64,000 bases of DNA from NCBI GenBank assembly GCA_051362555.1, contig CM120649.1:6324001-6388000 (forward strand), in the 5' to 3' direction. This stretch comes from Lingula anatina (taxonomy: Eukaryota; Animalia; Brachiopoda). Below are positions 11,491 through 26,100 of this stretch, piece by piece; the first letter of the stretch is position 1, and each line of letters begins with the position of its first letter. Below the pieces are notes generated by a model. It did not search any database. It saw only the letters and a list, made by a program, of their open reading frames with translations, and was not told the origin of the DNA. The position numbers and the translations under genes were made by a program.

Positions 11491-12932
11491 AGAGAGTGCT
11501 GAAAGGCTCCTTGCTCTGGCAATTTTTCTAATTAAAACTATGAAAACTACATATGAAAACTACAAACTGATCAAACTTATTTTAATCTAATACAGACCTT
11601 AGCTTTTGATCTAGTTGACAGCCTTGCATCCCCCTCTAGGAGACTTCAGCCGGTCTGCTGAGAAAACAAATAAAATATTCTGGTTAACTATTCTCAGACT
11701 TGTTACGTAATCTGCGAGGAAAATATCTTAATTATCTTCTTGGTCCATGTCCTGGAAAGAAGGAACCTCAATCCCACATTTTTTTATCAAGGCTCGGTGG
11801 CTCTGCCCGTCCGTGTATGGTTTCCTTCACTTCTGAACCATGTCCTGGATGGTAACGTTTCACATAGAGAATACCATCTGCTATACCAAAATCCTTAACC
11901 CAGTAAGATTTTAAAAACTGTCTTGTACGGCTGAATGACTAACAAAGATAATATTGCCTTTCGTTACGTCACACGCACTCCCCAAAAGGTATCTTTTAAA
12001 AAATAATGTTTGGAGCTAGAAGTCACGCAAATGACAAAGCATTGAGATGTACGTACCTTAATTTCATAGAAATTAAAGGTAGCATTTCATTTCTATTAAA
12101 AAATTTCCAAACGCTTGTAGAGATGACATGACAGATTTGTTGTTATATTAACAAGTTATCCCAGACGTACATTGTAAATCTATATGAATGCATTGTTGTT
12201 TTTTTACTGAAGATATGGCAAGCGGGTTGTTTGTGTCAAACCTTTATATTTTCTATACATAAACATAAAGATACGATGTATTTGAAACGTTCAAACGAAA
12301 ACAAAAGATACTTGAAAAAACGACTGCAAGTTTGAGACCAAGTAAGATTTTTTTTTATTTTGTGGCGTGAAACAAAACGAGAGATTACTGGGGTTGAACA
12401 GAAAAAAAAACGTCCTATTTATTTTAATTCTGCAGAAGTATTCTAAGATGATGATATTCTAACTCTAATGCAACGTTCTCTCTCGCCAGTAGTTCACGTG
12501 TGCTATTATTAAGGCTAATGGCAGTTTGTTTGGAGTCAAATAATATTTCGTAATCCTATGCCAAAACGATGACCCGTCGCTTTGAATTAGGAGCATTTCA
12601 TAACATGTTCGTATGTTATTATTCATCTGGCTGTCGTAACCGACTGTTTTTCTATAGCCAGCCCTCATGATCCTTGTCATATTAATTACCGCCCAACGTA
12701 TGATGTCACTTTTCTCCCTGTAACACGCTGAAAAGGGTTCGACTAATTAGGCTAAGTTTATCCTTTCTCTTACTAGTTTATAAATAAAATATGAAAAAGG
12801 GATTTAGACTTGAAAGGGTGTAGAGGAAAGAGCAGCATAGCGTTGCCGATCACAGGAATTTTACTTTGCGCCGATTGCACAGATATATATTTTAAGTCTA
12901 TGATAAAGTCTTAAACGTCAATGAAATCTGTA

Positions 12933-13097
12933 CAGGCCCGTAGCCAGGGGGGTTCGGGGGGTTCGAAAGAACCGCCCCTTTTGCTGGGAAAAGATCTACT
13001 GTGGGTAAAATTTTATCTAGGTACTTGAAGTTTTTGGGAAAAGGTCCACTTTTTCAGAAAAAGAACCCCCCTTTTGAAATTGCTATCTACGGGCCTG
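12933..13097 (+). mobile_element. MITE family B (CAGGCCCGTAG TIR), 5-bp TSD CTGTA
   Basis: TIR CAGGCCCGTAG..CTACGGGCCTG; CTGTA on both flanks; inverted homolog at 50938-51116. Confidence 0.9.
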
Positions 13098-16000
13098 CTG
13101 TATCATACTCGTTATCATAGAGCAGATAAATTTCATGTAACATGCATTTTTTTAATTATAAATTTTACACCAAGCATCTGAACTTCTTTTTTAATCTTAT
13201 TCTTTATCTCATTTTATTGCAAGACCCAAAGTCACAATACGTTAAGCCTTACAGAAAACTAAAGGCACAATTAATCTACTGAACATTACAGTTCATTAAT
13301 AGTCACAGTGCACTTAATTTCCCAGTTCATGTACATGGCATATCAACTTTAAAATACTTCTAAATATTCAAACTACACTTCTGGACGCTTTCTGACATTG
13401 ACCGTCAACGGTATGTGATTCAAGTATATCACGCCGTTTAGAAAATCACATTTAAAAACGGGAAGAGTTCAGATCCTGATTAACGGGTTAACTGTTGGGT
13501 AGTCGGGCAGAATCAGTTTTAAAACTCTGGCTAGGAAACAGAACTTTCTGATGCAGTAGACATGCGTCTCACTCTTTTTTTCCTTGTTGGAGACTTTCCT
13601 TTGCTTAAGTTACCTTTGAGTTGAGATTGTGTCATAAAGCCAGGCATTGGTTGTTAATGCGATTGATCTTAGTAATGAAGGATGGCATGCTGGAAAATCA
13701 GCCTTTACCATTACTTTTTTTTTAATCTTTTGGAAAGTAAAGCTTTACGTCTGAGATAGGTGTTCTTATGTATGTCTTCTATGAGATAAGTTTGAACTAT
13801 TGTGGAGATAGATTTGTTCTACAGCTAGGATGCAGTTCTTGGTTGATATAAACCAAATAGATCGCGTTCTTTTAATTTAGTTTTATTTTTTATGCTATAT
13901 GTTAATCTATTAACTTACAAATGCAATAAGAGCAGTAATGTTATACCTTCAAGTTGCCAATTATGACAAAAAGAAGCATTTTATATATTACGTCCCAAAT
14001 AAAATCCTTTGTTCTTGTAGTATAACCACGCAAAAAACCGTCGCCAAGCGTTGCTATCGGCAATATGCTTAAAAAACTCCCCAATATCTTCAACCTGTTG
14101 TACCCACATTTTGTTGTTATACAATATTTGACGAGAAACTGCTGGCCTAGATTCTAATACGACGCATTGTGTAATGGCAGTGTGCTTTTTAGGTATTGCT
14201 GTGTTCATTGTTTTGTGCTTTTTCGCTGTGTGGTGCGTTATGATTACGAACGAGCGGTATAAAAGGGTCTTAATACGTGCATTCATCTGAGAAAACCGTG
14301 GATTATTCTATAATATGAATGTTACTCCATTTATAAGCGACAAAGAGTGATTAATTAACGCCCCTGCTGTTTTATGTGGGTGACTTCGATGCGTTTTAAA
14401 ACATATGTGTGCCAAATTTCAACATAGCACATCACGCATATGTATAGATTGTCTGGTGCCTTTCGCCTGAAAGGATCGTTATTTGAAGCCATTTATTCAA
14501 TAAATACAATATGATACATAACAAAACTACGGCACACGCCGAATCATACAAACAATACAACGTTGTATCATATAAATAGAAAAACACACAAAAGCACAGT
14601 GACTCTCAAAGATGCACGTACAACCTGGCGTCAAAAATGCGACATTTAGTCTACTTAGTATTTGTGTAGTCAGCGATTACTTCATACGTAATACGGCTAT
14701 TGTATAATCAAAACCATATGTAGAGAAGGAAAAACTTCAATCTACTATCACAGGTACACATAAAGTAGCTAATTCTATAGATTTGACATTTAGAAAGTCT
14801 CATAATGTTCTTAGGAAAGAAAAATTGTTTTGACCGTCTGTATTTTCATTTGAAATTCAAGCTAAAAAAGTTTCCTATTGACAAACCACACGAAACTACT
14901 CTGCAAAAGAACGGAATTAGAAAGTAAAGTTCTGGTAAATATGCGCTAAACGTATCTAATTTGCTAAGCCGTTCACCGTTAGATTGTGATCACAAAATGT
15001 GCGTCATAAATATCAATAACAATCAAAACAAAAAAAATTAAATAATTCTTCAGTATGAATTACAAAATAATGAAAAAGAGACGGAAGCACGCTTCCCTGT
15101 GTTATTATTATTTTTTGACAGAATGAAGTCACATTTCACCCAATTAATAATAGAACATGATTGATAGCTTTAAAAGCATTGTGTAATGTTTAGGAAGATA
15201 GGCGCAAAATAGTATCAATTAAATGTTCTATGTAAGAGCTCAACCAGCATACGGCAATTGATAAGAGACAAATGATAGCACATTAACAAATAATTCATAC
15301 TTCTTTTATTCCCAGTTCTCACTGTTGGTTTATACTTTTTAGGAATGTGAGGCAGATGGCTCAAGTTTTGGAAATTTAAGCTGTTTAGCTTTCTAAAAGG
15401 ACTTAACATAAGATGTACAGTGAACTCTTAACCTGTTATGAAGTCGAAATGTTGAAATGATAGTTATTGGAGGTTTATTATAACACCACTTGTAACTTAT
15501 CGCTCGGAGAGAAAACTTCCATGAACTGAAGGGCTTTTTTAGCAGGAGATCAGTTGCACATTTACTAGAGATGCGACGCTAAGTAACTATGAACAAACTG
15601 CGTTATCATAAGGACATTGACATGACGAGTGCTACGAACAGTTAAACAATATCTTTCGTCTACATAATTTAAACAGAAGCGTATTAGAAATCCCGCCTAG
15701 AACAGGCCGGCAAATTGCGACTCTGAAACTATACCGGATGACTATTCATCCATCTTATACCGTCAGAACTTAGATCATTATGGTAGCAAATCACTTAAAA
15801 ATCCGCTTTCGTACATTGTGTTCAGAATCTAGCCTCTGATTTTTTTTTTACATGTCTTTACATTTTTGTAATATATAAAACAAAGCAATCTATAAAATCA
15901 GAAATTTAGGTAACAATCATAGCATTATTAAAGCCGTGTGCTTATCACATATATATAAAAATTTAGGCCTGCTGAGCCGAGAGGTGGAGAGTATTTGTTT

Positions 16001-18250
16001 AGGAATGAACAATCTCGCCAAAAGTACAATACCAGTTCATTTAGGGCCATTGTATATAATCTCCGTATGTTTTCCCTAACTTTAAATGTTTCATATCAAA
16101 AATGAGACACCGATGAATAAGTTATGGCTATCTCTGAAACTGAGTGAGCTGGAGTTTTTTTTTTTTTTTTTTTTTTTCAGGTGATCAGCATTTAGATCTT
16201 ATATGCATTCTAAAACACAAATGATATTTGGTAGAAAGTAGACAGATTACATACAATGCAATTTACCGTTTTACGGTGGCAGTAACATTGAGGTATACGC
16301 GAGGAGTATTCTGCGTTAGATTTTGGAACATTTGGAGAAGTGGACCCTCGCCCGATGTGTGCCGTTTGATACACGTGGTTAAAAACTTATTTTCCTAATG
16401 TCAACTTTGTGTTACCGTTTAATTATGTACATGTACATCTTGACTTGGCCAACATGATTGAAATTATACACGTGTTTTTGTTATTTTGACTGTAAATGTA
16501 TTTGGTGTAGTCTGGGATTGTAAAATTCGTTTGAACTCTCTGTAGCTCTCTGTCCATGTTGTAATAAGTGATCAACATGTATCTGTCTCTATCTATCTAT
16601 CTGTAACCAAGTGTAGTGAAATATTTTTAAAAATGCAAAATAGCAAGCGGTTTACAGGCGGAACACTGTTGAGTGGTCACACAGGCAGACATTCCGTCTA
16701 CACGGCAGTCTTAATGTAAACCACACATGTAGACGGGCATGGATGTAATCTAAAATAAAGCACTAACCGTAATACTAAACGCGAAAAATGATTATGCTAC
16801 AATGTATGGCGTTAATTCAATGTATGTCTCCAAATTAACCCAAGCGAAAATAAAAGTAAAAGACAAACACAAATGTGGTGTTTGAAATTTGGCCGGTGAC
16901 GGCAGCTTTTTTTAATGATATAGCATAAATAATGAATATACAAAAGTATGACATAAAACACATGGTTCCTTGTACACGTTATAATTACATATAATGTTTT
17001 TTTAGAAATAATTTTAAGTGTAGCTTGCGTTGATTGATTAAATTCTTTGTTATCCTTGGTTATCCTCCATTATCCCTCCCCTTCTTCAATAAACTTAGTC
17101 ATTAAATGGCAATGTTCATAATTTATTTGTATTATTCAAGTAATCTTGCTTTTATTTCCCACATTATGAATTCTGTTTGCATTAAAGATATATACCAACA
17201 TAAAAGTCAAGTTATACATAGTTCAGCTTTTTTAGCATTTCATATAAGAAGTATTCTACATTTCTAGTAATACTTGATTTATTCCTCGATCTCCTTTCTT
17301 TCAACATCATTTTCACTTTATTTATTGATAAAATAAACAATCAACAAATCAACAAAACGCTATTTATGTGCAATTTATACAATCACATATAAGTCATATT
17401 CTGAGGAGTCTAAATCAAAACAAATCGAAGTACGTGTACTAAGAGATTTTATCAAGGTTATGATTATAGTTATTATTTATATTATTATTATTATATCGAT
17501 ATGAAATTATTTCTAAAATTGAACAGTATTTATTACTACGTAAACAAAGAAACCATTACTTCAGTCCTATCCAATATAAAACATGCTAACTATTTAAAAG
17601 ATAAATCAGTCCATAAAAAAGCAATCGGTCAATTTTTATGTGGGGGAGGGGAGCGGGAGGTGAAATCAAAGTTTTTATAACTATTTGCAACTTTACATTG
17701 TTATATTTTGATTACATAAGACAAATCAATACAAAAATAAGACAAAATACTGGACATTGGATTCGAAATACCGTTTGGTGGTTATCCCTAATTAGACACA
17801 GTCTATATATCTGTTAAGTCGATTTCTTTATTGCCTATAAAGTTTCATTTAAAATGAAAAAAAAGTAGTCCACTGATTTTCTACGTTTGGATCCTAAGTG
17901 CTTCATCCTGTCTACACTGAATTTAAGTATACGCTAGCTGACCGAGCACAATATTTAAATTGAAAAGAATTATAACTGACTTGGTGTAAGTCAAAGGACC
18001 TCTGGTCGCCGCGACCTGATATCGTAATAATAAGTCTAATAGTGGTTTCAAGCCAGGGTATTAGTTACTCAGTTAAAGACAGAGAGTAGTTGGCGAATAT
18101 ATTGTTCTGGTGGTATCCATTTGCGGGTTTAGTATCGCGTCTTCGGTAACGCTACTGGTAGAATTATTCAGGGCTCAAATTACCTTGCTGCCTTGTATGT
18201 TTCGGAAGCTGCCTGCGTCACGTTTTGCTGGACTACCATTGTACATTAAC

Positions 18251-18428
18251 CAGGGGCGGATTGAGGCCGTCTTCTAGGTATTCCAAGAGACGGTCAGATT
18301 TTTCAAGTTTACATTGATGGGTATTTATTTTTTAAAAAAAAATTCTGTCGGAAGACGGTCAAAAATGGAGGATGGATCAACAAAGTAATTTGGAAGACTG
18401 TCAGAAAATATCTCTGGATCCGCCTCTG
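18251..18428 (+). mobile_element. MITE family A (CAGGGGCGGAT TIR)
   Basis: TIR CAGGGGCGGAT..ATCCGCCTCTG; internal GAAGACGGTCA-type repeats; flanks TTAAC / CCTTAAC; two other copies in window. Confidence 0.88.
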
Positions 18429-19108
18429 CCTTAACCTATGGTAATTACTTTAAAATATCCACATTTATTACGCCGTGCGTTTATATAGTCAACAAATATG
18501 GAGAAAAACACTTGTGAAATATTCATTTTGGAAATTTCAATTTTTAATTTGAAATGATATAGATTTACATGTTTCGTGACATTCTGACAAGTAGGCCTAT
18601 GCAGAGTTTAACGTGCATTGCAACGGACGTAGATGATAAGAAAGGAAAATTATGTCTTCGTCTGCCATGCCAATTTCTTCACGTCCGGATGATCTACTGC
18701 AGGAGCAGAGCGTGTTCAAAGCACTGAAAGAAAAGATCATCGATAAATAACATTAGAGTATCACAAATGTTAAAACATTCAGGCACATGGCGGTATATTA
18801 TTTTGCAAAACCCTTATACTTCACCCCGGGTGGCGTATCATTTATTAATCTGTCAACCTCGGACCATATTAAATCCGTTTGAATAAAAATATGCCGGTAG
18901 ACAAAGCACGTTGCTTCTTTCTTTAACCTGAAGGGGCTTTTTACCAATATCTAAGGAGAACACAACACTGAACATGAGCTATTGCATTTACACGAGGGTT
19001 AAATTTCTGAGCACCTATCAATATATTTTAAACTTACATCTTGTCTGAAAGTATATGCAATTGTGCATAGTAGTCATCCAAATGTGACTTATATGAATAA
19101 AGCCTTAA

Positions 19109-19388
19109 AGGGATAACAACTGTTCATTTTGGCAAAAACAAAGGATTTATTTTTTGATACTTATGATTTATGAATCCATTCCAGCATTCAAAGCTAGTCC
19201 ATGTTTTTTTTTCTGAAAAGTTTATTTTTAGGTACAGCCATCTATGAAGGTCCACGTGGTCTGACGGTTAGCACAGATTCCAGAATAATTGCGATAACCG
19301 CTGTTTTGGTGGTAAAATTAAATTTATTATATTTCTATGAGTTGTTTACAATGTATTCATTGTGAAATATGAATCAGTTGTTATCCCT
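19109..19388. mobile_element. 280-bp MITE with TTAA TSD and AGG termini (Kolobok-like)
   Basis: TTAA|AGGGATAACAACTG...CAGTTGTTATCCCT|TTAA; perfect 14-bp TIR extending imperfectly inward. Confidence 0.85.
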
Positions 19389-20149
19389 TTAACAAACAGG
19401 GGTTCGAGGTTTCATCAAGGAGTTCCCAATAATTCCTTTGTTCCATCTGACCAGAACACGGGCCAGTTAGGCTCTTTATCAGACCTCAGCTGAGTGATGA
19501 CGTAAAAGTAGTGCACAAATCCTCGCCCTGGATCTCTGTGAGGAAAGGCAAATCAAATCAACAGAAACTCCCCAAATAAAACATATATCGCGACCTATGC
19601 CATAGCACACTTCCTGAGTACTAACCGTACAGCACGTAAGGTACACAGAAATGTCCTCTACCCGGAACACAGAGTTTTTCACTACATATTCACAGACATG
19701 TCTCTGGCTAATTCCTGACAACTTTCTACTGTCCAGCCAGAGACTTTTTTGTGTGGAATAAACATCATCACTCAGCTGGCCTCTAGTAAGGATAATACAG
19801 AAATGTGCACAGCTAGTGGATTTAGCAGTGATTATGTGTGTGTGTGTGTGTGTGTGTAAAGCTAAATACATGTGGATATCTAGCTAGGTAAAAACTCTCT
19901 CTATGATCCACTTATCTTCTGCGCCGAACATATGTAGGCCTACTTAGTAGGCCCTATTAAGGTTGAGGAAAGTTCTAGTTTTTTTTTTTTTTTTTTTTTT
20001 TTTTCTAAGCAGGTCTTTTGAAATCAATTAAATTATAACTGCAAATCTAGAATTTTAATAAGTAAAACTGGACTTAGACGGATATTGGTTATTTTTGGGA
20101 TGGTCTGACCCGAATAGCTAAATCTCTCTCTCTGTCTCTTCCCTCACAG

Positions 20150-20188
<39 letters not shown>

Positions 20189-23100
20189 GGAAAATCTACT
20201 CGTATTTGATTTATGTCCATTCTGGCCGATTATGAAATGAAGCATGCACAGCTTTTCATAATGACAAGCATAGCGTTAAAGTTGTGTTGTAACTTTATAA
20301 CCCTATACCGCATTACAGACTACATAGGACTATTAGGCCTATAAGCAGGTTTAACATTTCTTTTGCTGAATTTCTCAGTCTTACCGGACGAAGCGTATAA
20401 ATTAGGGTGAAGCTCGGTCTGTGCGTCTGGTGATTGTCGAAATCTTTCCCACAAATACATGTACATTGCGAGCATCATTCCGATTTCTTCTTAATGTGTC
20501 AAAATGATGAATTGATACAATGTATCCTTTTTGGAGACAAATAAAATTCATTGTATAGCGTTTGTCTTCAAAAGTGATATATTGTATCCTTTTTATGAGA
20601 CAAACACATTGTATAAAATATTGTCATGCGACCTTATTTGCAGAGTTGTACATGTTTTATGTGTAATGCTAAACCTTAAACTCCTCATGGCTATCAAACG
20701 TATTGCGTTAAGGTGAATATTGATACTGGCACATAGACAGATAGGTTAAAAAACAATAATACGTGGACGAATACAGTTGAAAAATATCATTTAGGCTAAT
20801 TGCCATAAATTGATAAAGTAGATTAGGCCTGCCGAGTTGGCCTTCACTGACAATATTTTGCCTCAAATTTCACTAGTGCATCTACCTGAATTAGACAGTG
20901 AATTGATTGAAAATAACCTAAACATTGACTTTCATTTAACTCCCATTACAACTTCAAAACATAATGATTCAAGTTGATACAGCAAGCAAGTGGCCACCGA
21001 AATGTGTTAAGAATACTCCACTAAATGACCAGTGAAATGTGTGCAATAAACAAAATACCTTTCACAGGTAGACCTACCCGTTTTAAGTCACCTGCGTGCA
21101 TGCCCAGAAGGTGTCAGAAAATGTCCCAAGGGAAAACCTAGTCAGGGAAGAAAAACTGACGAAAGAACGGTACCTATATTAAGAACAACAGTGCAGTAGG
21201 CCTACGGGACGGCTCTTCCAAATCGAAAATTTGACTAGAAACACGCACCTGTTCACCAAGTTATAAGGACTACGAACGCGCCAAGGAGAAAGTTATGGTT
21301 GGAAACTGCCAAATTCAATCACAAAGATTTGCACAAAAAAAGAAAAAAAAAGTTTATGGTGATCTGCATGATTTTATAATTGATATCATTAAATAATTTA
21401 ACATATAAAGATGTATGTTATAACTGCCTTGTTCCTGTAAAGTGCTTATATTTTACGGAATGCACATGCACGTAATCATTCCACGAACCCAAAGACAGGC
21501 CTACTATTTTACATCTAAGCCAGTTAAATATGTTCACTACTTAGAGACAATTACACAGTTAAGAAAGTCGAATACTTTCTTTCTCTCTTTGGTATGACTT
21601 GAAACGAATTTTAACTTGATATGCATCTTAATCATGAATCTAGTTTTCCGCGAACAATAATGTCTATCTCTTGTGCATCCAATTCGCATATGGGATTTTT
21701 TTTTTTTTTTTTTTTTTTTTACACAGTTAATGGTGGCACTCTGATTTATGAACCTGGTACGAGCATTCGTGTTTTATCATTCTTTGTTTCTGAAATGAAT
21801 TTATTATTATTATCTTTGATAAATTCAATTCAATTCAAACACGTGCTATTGTAGCTGATGATAGTTTTAATTGTGTATAATTTTACCTTCAGGTCGCTTA
21901 CACCATCTAAATACAAGAGTGCTTATTTCACTCATACGTGATTCCATAATTATTTTATCCCAACAAGAAAAATATATTTACACTCTATTTATATATGATT
22001 TAACGACTGATATATACATTATTTGTTGCCGAATGGGTTTTATATGAATAAATAGTATCCTTAATTTGTGTTACCTTTCAACTAATGAAAATGAACGGAA
22101 AGTGACCATAAATCACGGTGTTACATCTACATTTAATGTGACACTGTGGTTAACGTTATGTCGGTACTAGAAATAGTAAAATCCAAATGAAAAAGACGTT
22201 GATAAAGATAAAGTAGAAAATACCGTATTTATTATTCTCAGGTATGGCACGTTATAATATAAGTTAACGGTGAATACAGAGCTTGTAGCAGTATATAAAA
22301 AAGCTAAGCTGAAAGCAGTACACAAATCAAGTTTTAGATATTGAAAAGCCAGTCATATTGGCTTTTTTTCCAATTTCATAACTATTATCAAATTTTCCTT
22401 TAAAAAACTCATAGAAAAGGGAGGCAGCTTTATTATCTGGATTATGAATTAATCCTAGACTGGAATCTGTAGAAAAGTAGGTAAAGTTTTATGCATTTAC
22501 TTCTGAAGTCTCGTGTCCACAAATCTCGAGCATTTTGAGCACATTTTGAGCATATACAAATAACGTAACATAACTGATTATATGAAACATATAACTGAAA
22601 TGACAAAATAAATTGTTTTCTTCCTGGTCTAGTTATGCGCAAGTGTCAACATACATGTACATGGTTCAAAATATGCATGTCTAACTCCAATCCTTACATT
22701 GGATAAACTACTCTTAATCAATATAAAACTATGCGACCCAATTTTCAATCCACGCGTAATTTAACTCCCATGTATAATGTGATTCAAATAGCAAGAGTAT
22801 CAACAAATTTAATCACCTGAAAGAACGCCATATTTAAGTAATATGCTAAGGAGTAGAAAAGCAATGACTCAAGATGAATATAAACCCCGATCGGCGGAGA
22901 AAAGAAACTACTAACGGAATACCTAATAAGAAGATCAAAAGGTTTATAGAAGTATAATCAAGAATAATTTGGTAAAGTGGTTTTCATTCTATACGATCTG
23001 TGATACCTGCATAGGCCGTCTTATATTTTTCGAAATGGTTGCCAATGATGACGAAAATGGATTGACCGAATCGAAATTGCGTGGATCGTAATTAAACAAA

Positions 23101-26100
23101 ATTATATTTGATTTCGTCGCATAAATTATGTCAATAACAGGGTACATTTCATACGGGATATGATAGTTTCGAGCTCTCTTTCATTGCAATTATAATCTTA
23201 AATGAAAGTTGATGGAGTAACAGTAATAGCAGACGTACATGACGCATTTGATCTGACAATTTCTCATAATTCTTAGAAATGCGATATTCATCGCCATCGC
23301 GTTTGTGTGTAGTAAAAGAACATATTGCTGTTTTTACCTATGTTAAAAGGATAACTATTCTTCATATGATATTCAAAATTTCACAACGAATACAGTTGTT
23401 ATTAAATAATGCTGAAATACCTAAAATAGTTCCATAAACATTATAATTCAGTCACGACATTCTGTTCGTGTAAAGGATGCTGGCTTGGTGTATATTGTCA
23501 CAAAAGCACCTCTTAAAATAAACAATTTATATCGACTCGTAATAATTGCGTGATTTCCTATCCAAACTGTGAATTGCAATCATACGTTTTGTGTCAAATC
23601 ATAGCAATTACTTTAAAATACGGTGCCAACAGTCAGAGTTTAGTTTTCGTTTTATATATATATAATTTTTTGGTGAAAAAACGATTTAAATGTGCTAATT
23701 TTGAACCTGCTAATTTTGGCGAAGAGAGCCTTTTCTAGCTATAAAATGAAGAAATATTTGTTCCAATTTTAGTTTCTTTCATTATCTATGCAAACAAATC
23801 TTCTCATCACTTGATAGGCGAATACTTTCGTTGGTAAAATGCATGTTCATCTTCATTAACTTTTTTCACTGTAATTTTCAGATCACATGTATATAACTAA
23901 ACCAGTTACTTATTAACTAATGGGTTAAATACCAAATTAATGCAAAACATAAACACGCCCATAAACGCACATGTGCACACGCGCGGCCACACGCACAAGC
24001 ACGCACACGCACACAAACACACACAGCTGCGCTCATGCACACAAAAGCATGACCCTACAAATAAACTCAGTATTACATTTGAACTGATTAAAATCACGAC
24101 ATCCGTTTATTTAATGATAACAAAATTTATTGCGAATTGAGATATTCAGCATATAAACGGTTGTTTCAACATTTATACTTAAAAATATCATATAAAATTC
24201 AAAAGACCAGACTGTTGTGAGACACGTGCTGAGCTTGTAAAAACTGATTTCCAGATTCTCCACGTTACAGTTTTTATCTTCATTAACTTGCTAAAAAGTT
24301 GGTAAACATTGCATTATCAATTACTAGTAGGCGAATTGATTACTGCTCTCTATTTGCCCTAAAACAAAAGGGAAGTCTTCTTCTTTAATGTTTAACCAAT
24401 GAACAAGTGTTTCGTGCAAGCTTTATTTTGTTCTATGCAGTACAATTAATCAAGGAGTCTTAAACGTGCGTATCTGGTGTATTGCAGCCATATTGATTTC
24501 AAAATTCGAAATTGGGTCACTGACACTGACTGTCAAGTGAGAAGTGTTGATAACTCTTTGAGAGAGGAATTCCCAATTATCAAATTATTATTTCTTTTTT
24601 ATCAGTGTTAGGGGTCACATTTTTGGCCTCTGTAACACAATAATGCCATACCTTCACATTAACGAGAATTATTCTTTATTTTTGACCGCGAACTTCCATT
24701 GTTAAAAGGTGTGATTCATACATCATAACATCATAAACAACTTACTCCTCATTTCAAATTTTCGTTTAAGTTTGTTATCCCGACTACAAGGTGAGTATCA
24801 ACTACTTCCCTCTCTCCTTACATTGTGGTTTCCTAAGTATACACCGCGCGGTAGCCTTTGTTGTCCGTCGATTTCTTCACAATTGCTAGTTGACAACATG
24901 ATAAATACGCCGTTGTTCAGATCTGTGTGGTCCGTATGAAACGCGCCCGGCTGGCATCTGCTCCGCATAATACAAAGCAGATCATGATTTATAGGCCGGT
25001 TTTGTAGAAGCGTGAAGTTTTTCTACTTTTAGACATGATGTGTGTAAGTGTGAGAGTAGATGGACATGATAGAAACGGAGCGCCGCGTGGCAAATGCATT
25101 TCAAGAATACGCGATCTTTAATTTTCTTTTATTAGGCTGAAAAATTAAAGAGTAGCTATCTAGGTTGATAAACATGATATGGTATTGCCTTACAAAGATA
25201 GACCTCGCTGTGAAAACGATATGGCCCGCTTCTGGAAATATTTAATGAAGCTAGTGGACATTCTTTATGTAATTGCTAGAGTGATTATGATTTATCTGTA
25301 AAGTCAGATGGCAATTTTATGCCCCGGGTTTTCTTATTTACTTCTGTAAATGTATTGATTTTATTACTTTTTAAGTTGAAAAAGAATGAGGATTAAAGGC
25401 GCGCGACAGTAAAGATCTGTATCCATAGAGATAGGTCGCACAGGCTATATTTTTCAGACTTTTTATCTTTTTCAAGCCCAGAGTCGTAATAGTGCATTTG
25501 AACTAGGGACTTGACACCGATAGCCTTTTTCTAGCTTCTTTCTTGTGTCTGTTGTGAGATGAATAATAGGGGATCAAATTCTATGCGGAAGTTTTCTGAT
25601 TTGTTAGTTTGTCGATTGCATATGGTTAACCTATTGTTCAATAACATAAATTAATTTGAATTGCATTTTCCTCAAATTTACACACAGAACAAAACTACTT
25701 GGGTGTATACGTGTGGTGCACCGTGACGTTCTGACATTCACCAGTGCAATTAAAATATATATAGATATAATAAAATGCAATCATTGATTTTAAGAGGGTG
25801 GGGCACCAAATCAAAATAGTCATACATAATAAAGATTTGTTAGATTAAATCATTATTATCATTTTATGACGCATTTTATAACAGTCAAAATATGAAATAC
25901 AGATAATTTAAACTACAAGACCTATTTCGAGGAGATATTTTTAAAAAGGGACCAATCATTCATTTGCTCATGTAAATTTTACTCATATATAATATTTAAA
26001 ATGACATTTTCCAAGAATTAGTATCATTATGGCCTAAAGCCGTAAAACTATTTCTTATTCACTTCAAAATATTTCTGTCAGCTAGATCAAAAAAATATTA

